Assembly: GCA_002784945.1 (NCBI GenBank)
Contig: PFMD01000024.1
Span: forward strand, 17,858-81,857
Reading direction: 5' to 3'
Source: Candidatus Kerfeldbacteria bacterium CG_4_10_14_0_8_um_filter_42_10
Lineage (GTDB): Bacteria > Patescibacteriota > Patescibacteriia > UM-FILTER-42-10
DNA: 64,000 nucleotides
Within the stretch, counting starts at the first letter, position 1. Every line of letters begins with the position of its first letter. Shown here piece by piece: positions 59,201-64,000 of this stretch. A model generated the notes under the pieces. The model worked only from the letters and a program-made list of their open reading frames with translations. It made no database searches and was not told where the DNA came from. Both the position numbers and the translations under genes were made by a program.

Positions 59201-62200
59201 CTGGAAACGCTGGTATTGGAAGAAGCGATACAGGTATCTTCCGCGCCTTCGGCTCCGGTTTTATAGCAATAATAAGCCACACTGGAGCCGCCGGTATCAG
59301 AAGAAGCGGTCCAGGAAAAAGCAAAACTATTGGTGGAAGAATAACCAGATGGCGAAACGCTGACTCCCGTGGGATTAGAAGGGCTGATGATATCTAATTT
59401 AAAGGTATAAAGCACCCCTGAAGATAAAGCCGTATTATTATTAATATCCTTGGTCCGGATAATAAGATAATAAGTACCCGAGGTTAAAGCGGAAGCGCTT
59501 TGGGTAGCGGCGTTCCAGGAACCGGTAGTGCCGCCTGAAACAGTATAGAAATTAGTTCCGCTTTTATAGGCCTTATTAGTAGGATCAGCCGCATTATCTA
59601 TCGGATCCAAGCTGCTATTTGTCCCAAAATAAACATAAAATCCATCAACACCAATTCCACCTGAATTATCGGTGGCGGTCCATTCAAAATAGGGATTAGC
59701 ATCATAAGTCCAAGTATTATTACTGATAGAAGTAGCTTTAGTATTATCAGTATAACCCGATGCGGAAGAAGGATTAGTAGGAGCAGTAGCATCTGAATAA
59801 TAACTCAACGTAATATCATTAACTGTCGGGGTGTATATTTGATCGGAGGAAAACGTAACCCGGACTTGCACATACCGCGCTGGCGTAGAGTCAACCGTGT
59901 AGTAATCGGTTGAACCGTACGTGAATTGGTTTGACACCTCATCCCAGTCTGCCCAGTTGGCGTCGTCAGGATCGCTCGAACAGCCAGCGTCAGAGCAGGA
60001 ACGAATTTCGTACTTAAGCGATGTGTTTGTCTGCGTCGTATCATTCACCGTCAGGCCGCCGAAGTCGTAGATCGATCCAAGGTTAAGAATCTGCGAGGTC
60101 CACGTGCCGTTTTGTTCGAACCCTGTTGACGAAGAGGCGGGCACGAATCGAGTCAGTGCCGAAGTATTGTAACCGCGAAAACCGTAGAGAATACCGTTTG
60201 TACCTGTCTCCAGAGCGCCATAATACCAGTATTCGTCATTCGTACTTATCGTACCCCAGCTGTCGCCAGAAATGCTGTATACGTAGACGTTCGTGTTCGC
60301 GTTCGTGCCGGCGACGACGTAAATCAGATCACTGCCGTCATAGGTACACGCGTCGGACTGGTAGATGTTCCCAGGCGCATCGGTAAGCGTCGTCGCTCCG
60401 TCCCACGTCTGGGTGCCGATGTTGAATCGGAAGATATCTGCGGTATTCTGTGCGCGGATCTGGTAGATGTAGTCAGTGCCGCCATCGCTCGCCTTTACCG
60501 CACAGCCACCTTGGTAGACGGCTGCTGGAACAGTTGACGCGACGGTGGACCAGGTATCCGTGGCGATGGTGTACTTGTAGTTTGTTGTCGTATTCTGTCC
60601 GCGGACAGTGTAGATCGCACCGTCCTCGCCGTTGACAAGATTCGCTCCGTAGCCGAGCCACGCCGGTGCGGCGTTGCCATTTGACCACATATTAGTCGCC
60701 ACGTCGTAGATATACATTTTTGACTCATTATCTTTATTGTATGATCCGGCCGCATAAACCTTACCACCCACATAGACAACATCCGAGCCGACATACATAG
60801 GGATCGGGGCGTCCATCAAGCGCTCATGCGTGCCGGTCGAGATCGTGTACTTGTAGAAATCCGTAGTGTTGTTCCCCCGCACGTAGTAAATGGTATCACC
60901 CCCATCGTAGGTGATGCCGCCATAGTAGAAGCCGTTAGACGTCTGGTCGTGCGGGATGCCCGTGTTCAGCCATTTATTGTTTCTTACGTCATAACTGTAG
61001 AAAGAGTACTCATTATACCCACGAAGCATATAAATGATATCTGTGTTTGTATCATAGACCATCCCTGCACTCGATCCGAAGTAGTGTGTTGAGGGAAGAC
61101 TGGCGAGAGGATCCCAGCGGTCATTCAAAATATCATATGAGAAGAAATTATCCGACGCGTAACCACGGGTCGCATAAATAGTACCGTTATTGTAGAGAAG
61201 CGCTCCGCCATACTGGACGTAGAACGGAATGGCTGTTATGTTCGTCCAGGTGTTCGCGCTGACATCATAGCGGAGAAATTGCGACGTACTTGCACCACGC
61301 AGGGCAAAAATGCATCCTAATGCGTCGCTACAGTAAGTACCATTCGGAACAAAGACTGCTGATGAACCGTAGTTGAACGCGTACGACGGAGAGCTCCTTG
61401 TGACCCAACTGTTTCCAGAAATGCTGTACCGGTAAAACTCGGTCGAGTTGTTTGACCGGAACGCAAAGATATAATCACCGCCGTTCCATACCATGGACCC
61501 GCCGTAACCGACGCCGGTGCCGCCGTACGCTTGGAGCGCCGTCCACGTATTTGCGCCGACATTATAGCGGAGGAACTCCGTTGAATTATTGCCAACGAGC
61601 GCGAAGACGCACCCCGAAGCATCCGCACACTGGGTGCCATTCGGGATGTAGGTAATGGTGGTTCCGTAGTATGCGTTCGCCGTGCTGGTGATGTCAGCAA
61701 GCGACGACCATGTTTTTGACGAGATGGTGTACTTGAAAAAACTTTTGGAGTTCACGGATCGGAGAACAAAGATTGTATCATCACCATCGAAGGCCATAGC
61801 TGTATCGTTATACGCCGTTGTTAGTGCTGCTGTGCCGAACGTAGACGGCAGGTCCATCCACAACCCCTCCGCAATAGAGGATAAAGTCATTGCGGTTCCT
61901 GTGCCCGCTGCGGTGTTAACGTTGGAAGATGTTGTCCCGGCCGCTTCAAAGTCTGCCTGGACCGTCCACGTCTGCGTTGAGGCGGGCGATATACCATTAT
62001 AGGTGTATGTAAAACCGGACACCGCCGAAGATGTATTGCCTGCGTTATCCTTTGTCACAATCCGCAGGTAGTACGTCGTACCGCTTACTAAATCCGTGTT
62101 CACCTCGTACGTCGTACCCGTCTGATAGTAGTCCTCGCTCGAGGAAGGGTCAGCCGATCCGTTTGTCGTCCACTGCACGTAGTAGCCGGCAATACCGGAA

Positions 62201-64000
62201 CTTTCGTCCGTTGCTCCGGAAAGTTCAAAGTAGGGATTGGTGTAGTACGCCGAGCTGCCGGACGTTACGGTTGTCGCTTTGCTGGAGTCTGCATAACCCG
62301 TAACGGTCGGGTTCGTTGGATTATCACTGTCCTTCTCATAGGTAATGGTGAAGTCTGAAAGCGTCGGGGTGTTTGTTCCATCGGAAGTAAGCGTGACTTT
62401 AATCTGAACATAGCGCCGCGCGAGTGAAGAAATTGTTCCCCCAGAGATTGCGGCCCACGACGACCAATTGACTTGGTCGGTGGATGTCCGGGAGTAGTAG
62501 GCGATTGATGTTGCTCCAGGCGTCGTCGATGAGGCAGCAAAACTTGTGAACGATTCTACCCATTTTAGGTCAAGCGTATCGGAAATCCACGAAACCGAAT
62601 CCGCGTATTGATTCGTCGACATATCGGCTTTGTAGATTGAGGTTGTGTTGAATCCGCGCAACGCGTAGAGCGTATCCGTGCCAGTATCATAGGTGATGCC
62701 TGTTCCGTAGCCGCTCGTCCGCTCTGGAAAGTCGATTGAGCGCTCCCACGTATCATCCGATATGCTATATCGCCAGAAGTAGTCGCGGTAATCGCCGGAC
62801 GCCGTGTAGATGTAATTCGTTCCGTCGTAGACAATATCATCCGCGTAGTATGTGCTTGTCGGGAGCGACGCCAGCGCTGTCCAGCCCACGCCCGGCTGGT
62901 ACCGGTAGAATTCGCTCCGCCAGTAACCCATAAGTGAATAGACGTAAGTGCCGTCGTTCGTAATCGCCCCTCCCGCGTAAATAGAGTACGGCGGGACCTT
63001 CTCTTCCGCCCAAACGCCGTTATAACTGAAGAAGTGATTGTTGTTGTTCCCTTTCTGGGCGTACACCGTTGCTCCCATACAGGTTACCCCACCGCCATAT
63101 CGGGCGTTCAGCGAGCCCGCCGTCCCTCCTGAATGAGTGGCAGGCATGCTGGTCAACGTGCTCCACGTTCCCCCAGAGATGCTGTAGCTGTAGAAATTCA
63201 GCGTATTATTTCCCCGGAGAGCATAGATCGTTCCATTACCGTTGTAGCAGATCGAGCTACCTTCCCGCATACCGCCGGGGATTACATTCAGCGTCGTCCA
63301 CGCATGCGCATTGATGTCGTACCGCCAGAATGTCGTCGTGTTCTCTCCTTGGGCAACGAAGAGACACCCGTCAACGTCGCTGCAGTCAGCCCCGTTCGGG
63401 ACGAACGAGATCATGCTCCCCTCGTAGCTGTTCCCAACGTTTAAAGGTGTTGAAATTGAGTCCCAGTGTTCGTTGGTAAGATCATACCGCCAAAATTCGG
63501 GAGTGCCATTCCCGCGGATGGCGTACAGGTAGTTGCCGTATCGGAGGAGTGATCCACCGCCATAGACAGTGCCCGGCGCATCCGGCGTATCTGTGATGTT
63601 AACGTCCCACGTTTCTGTGTCTACGTCATATTTAAAGAAATCGTCCGTGTTATATCCGCGGAGCATGTAAACATAACCGTCTGTGGGGTCATAAGCCATT
63701 GAACCGCCGTAGTGGGGCCCGCCAAGCGCGACCGGAATAGTTGTTGCCGTGTACCACTGGCTTTCGGCGATATCGAAACGGAAGAACTCGCGATTGCCGT
63801 TTCCCCGCATAGCAAAAACGCACCCTTGCGCGCACGCAGTCGGATCTCCGTACGATTCATCAACATATTCCAGCGCGTGACCCGTTGTTGTGTAAACCTG
63901 GTATCCCGGTATTGCTGGCAGGGTATCGTCCCAAGTATCGGTCGCAATATTGTATGACCAGAAAGTCGCCGTTGATCTTCCCCGGGCCGCGTAGATAAGA
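56230..64000 (-). CDS. Giant Kelch beta-propeller and FN3 surface protein (5' end beyond the window)
   Basis: Frame stays open from the ATG at 63810 to the window edge (LIYAARGRSTATFWSY...); many YGG...IY..RG.NT..F.RY....W repeats; FN3 C-terminal half. Confidence 0.9.
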   Translation of the reverse strand, partial: LIYAARGRSTATFWSYNIATDTWDDTLPAIPGYQVYTTTGHALEYVDESYGDPTACAQGCVFAMRGNGNREFFRFDIAESQWYTATTIPVALGGPHYGGSMAYDPTDGYVYMLRGYNTDDFFKYDVDTETWDVNITDTPDAPGTVYGGGSLLRYGNYLYAIRGNGTPEFWRYDLTNEHWDSISTPLNVGNSYEGSMISFVPNGADCSDVDGCLFVAQGENTTTFWRYDINAHAWTTLNVIPGGMREGSSICYNGNGTIYALRGNNTLNFYSYSISGGTWSTLTSMPATHSGGTAGSLNARYGGGVTCMGATVYAQKGNNNNHFFSYNGVWAEEKVPPYSIYAGGAITNDGTYVYSLMGYWRSEFYRYQPGVGWTALASLPTSTYYADDIVYDGTNYIYTASGDYRDYFWRYSISDDTWERSIDFPERTSGYGTGITYDTGTDTLYALRGFNTTSIYKADMSTNQYADSVSWISDTLDLKWVESFTSFAASSTTPGATSIAYYSRTSTDQVNWSSWAAISGGTISSLARRYVQIKVTLTSDGTNTPTLSDFTITYEKDSDNPTNPTVTGYADSSKATTVTSGSSAYYTNPYFELSGATDESSGIAGYYVQWTTNGSADPSSSEDYYQTGTTYEVNTDLVSGTTYYLRIVTKDNAGNTSSAVSGFTYTYNGISPASTQTWTVQADFEAAGTTSSNVNTAAGTGTAMTLSSIAEGLWMDLPSTFGTAALTTAYNDTAMAFDGDDTIFVLRSVNSKSFFKYTISSKTWSSLADITSTANAYYGTTITYIPNGTQCADASGCVFALVGNNSTEFLRYNVGANTWTALQAYGGTGVGYGGSMVWNGGDYIFAFRSNNSTEFYRYSISGNSWVTRSSPSYAFNYGSSAVFVPNGTYCSDALGCIFALRGASTSQFLRYDVSANTWTNITAIPFYVQYGGALLYNNGTIYATRGYASDNFFSYDILNDRWDPLASLPSTHYFGSSAGMVYDTNTDIIYMLRGYNEYSFYSYDVRNNKWLNTGIPHDQTSNGFYYGGITYDGGDTIYYVRGNNTTDFYKYTISTGTHERLMDAPIPMYVGSDVVYVGGKVYAAGSYNKDNESKMYIYDVATNMWSNGNAAPAWLGYGANLVNGEDGAIYTVRGQNTTTNYKYTIATDTWSTVASTVPAAVYQGGCAVKASDGGTDYIYQIRAQNTADIFRFNIGTQTWDGATTLTDAPGNIYQSDACTYDGSDLIYVVAGTNANTNVYVYSISGDSWGTISTNDEYWYYGALETGTNGILYGFRGYNTSALTRFVPASSSTGFEQNGTWTSQILNLGSIYDFGGLTVNDTTQTNTSLKYEIRSCSDAGCSSDPDDANWADWDEVSNQFTYGSTDYYTVDSTPARYVQVRVTFSSDQIYTPTVNDITLSYYSDATAPTNPSSASGYTDNTKATSISNNTWTYDANPYFEWTATDNSGGIGVDGFYVYFGTNSSLDPIDNAADPTNKAYKSGTNFYTVSGGTTGSWNAATQSASALTSGTYYLIIRTKDINNNTALSSGVLYTFKLDIISPSNPTGVSVSPSGYSSTNSFAFSWTASSDTGGSSVAYYCYKTGAEGAEDTCIASSNTSVSSIQAYQSRGNTFYVRAKDGAGNYSSSYASTTYYYAGEAPTAPASVVVSPTSQTNNNTFSFSWSLPDTCLGQTPCEASDILRYCYTINELPNAVNCGTNTGGSTTPSPDGGWTTDTQTTNRLLSGFSAATQQGTNTLYIVATDLINNIDYSNYVTATYIFDSTAPGVPASIQATDSSDRSTSRYSITLTWDEPDDVGAGVDLYNIYRCEEDCQNPSTVNDPPDNYTKIASTSTLGYLDTGLDNTITYTYFTRAIGPGNAASGNSALVEMKPEGKFKSAPSMSGQPGVQTRIRSAVVEWLTLDDQDREGNIIPHPATSFVEYGETASYGNETGTSDMVSEHEVTLTDLTPETTYHFRCKWVDIDGNIGYSSDFTFTTNGAPSAPINLEVDPECNTVNRFKFTWGAPTDEGVTVAGYFYVVNNIPTEDNVSFTANTYIGPYDAATQQGINTFYVVAVDDSGNINYANYASVDFEAETEPPGPPQAVTITDSSDRDAKRYSITITWDPPEGYETSSSEDETEIVYYSLYRKVGEKDSFSEIARFTSTGFLDTGLDSSKEYFYKVVAEDKAGAASKATDIVSEVPEGRYTQPPAITVSPVATPDSFSADIVWETERIASSFVEFGLKANDLTEEQGTADLIAKHEIEVTGLKSETTYYYRIKSIDVDENIAYSEIDSFTTLEAPRVLEVKISDVKLYDAIISWETNKESTAVIQYGTTANYGLTYTDTSGSYALTHTVKLEGLTDSTTYHLRIGGEDRNGNPIASDDYIFATLTFPEVLTVSSRNQSEGQTEVTWTTNVPTTSEVEYYSENIPPKTQGNTAMVKEHVILLYGLEDATLYKFKVRGSDEFGYEAVSDENEFTTLEDTTPPVVSGIQSESNTIGAGEESKVQIIISWKTNEATTSQVEYGVGLGATEFTEQTDENAELVMDHLVVISDLAPAKTYRFRAVSRDKAGNTTKSGAYTVLTSRKRESFLQLIISNLEETFSWIGRIGGSF

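Overview
Bacterial chromosomal window using the standard code (TGA read as stop). Gene content (short atpH, eukaryote/archaea-type GlyRS, small T4SS-type pilin, giant surface proteins, many palindromic repeats) suggests a Patescibacteria/CPR genome; this is inference. Housekeeping genes include pheS, msrBA, a UvrD-nuclease fusion, a complete F0F1 ATP synthase operon, rmuC, uppP, tatD, cvpA, metG, glyQS and a membrane-anchored Clp ATPase. Accessory genes include two ABC systems and three giant surface proteins, the last running off the right edge. I found no rRNA, tRNA or CRISPR array. The most notable signals are: (1) two 285-nt GIY-YIG nuclease reading frames bounded by terminal inverted repeats and sitting at gene starts, one with a duplicated ATGAGT and one with a recoded duplicate of the glyQS 5' end, plus empty copies of one of the two repeats; (2) an identical 30-bp double hairpin inserted in-frame in both atpA and glyQS; (3) two mosaic giant FN3 proteins sharing a conserved C-terminal tail, directly upstream of a MacB-type ABC transporter; (4) a secreted protein with a putative Cys-His-Asp triad.
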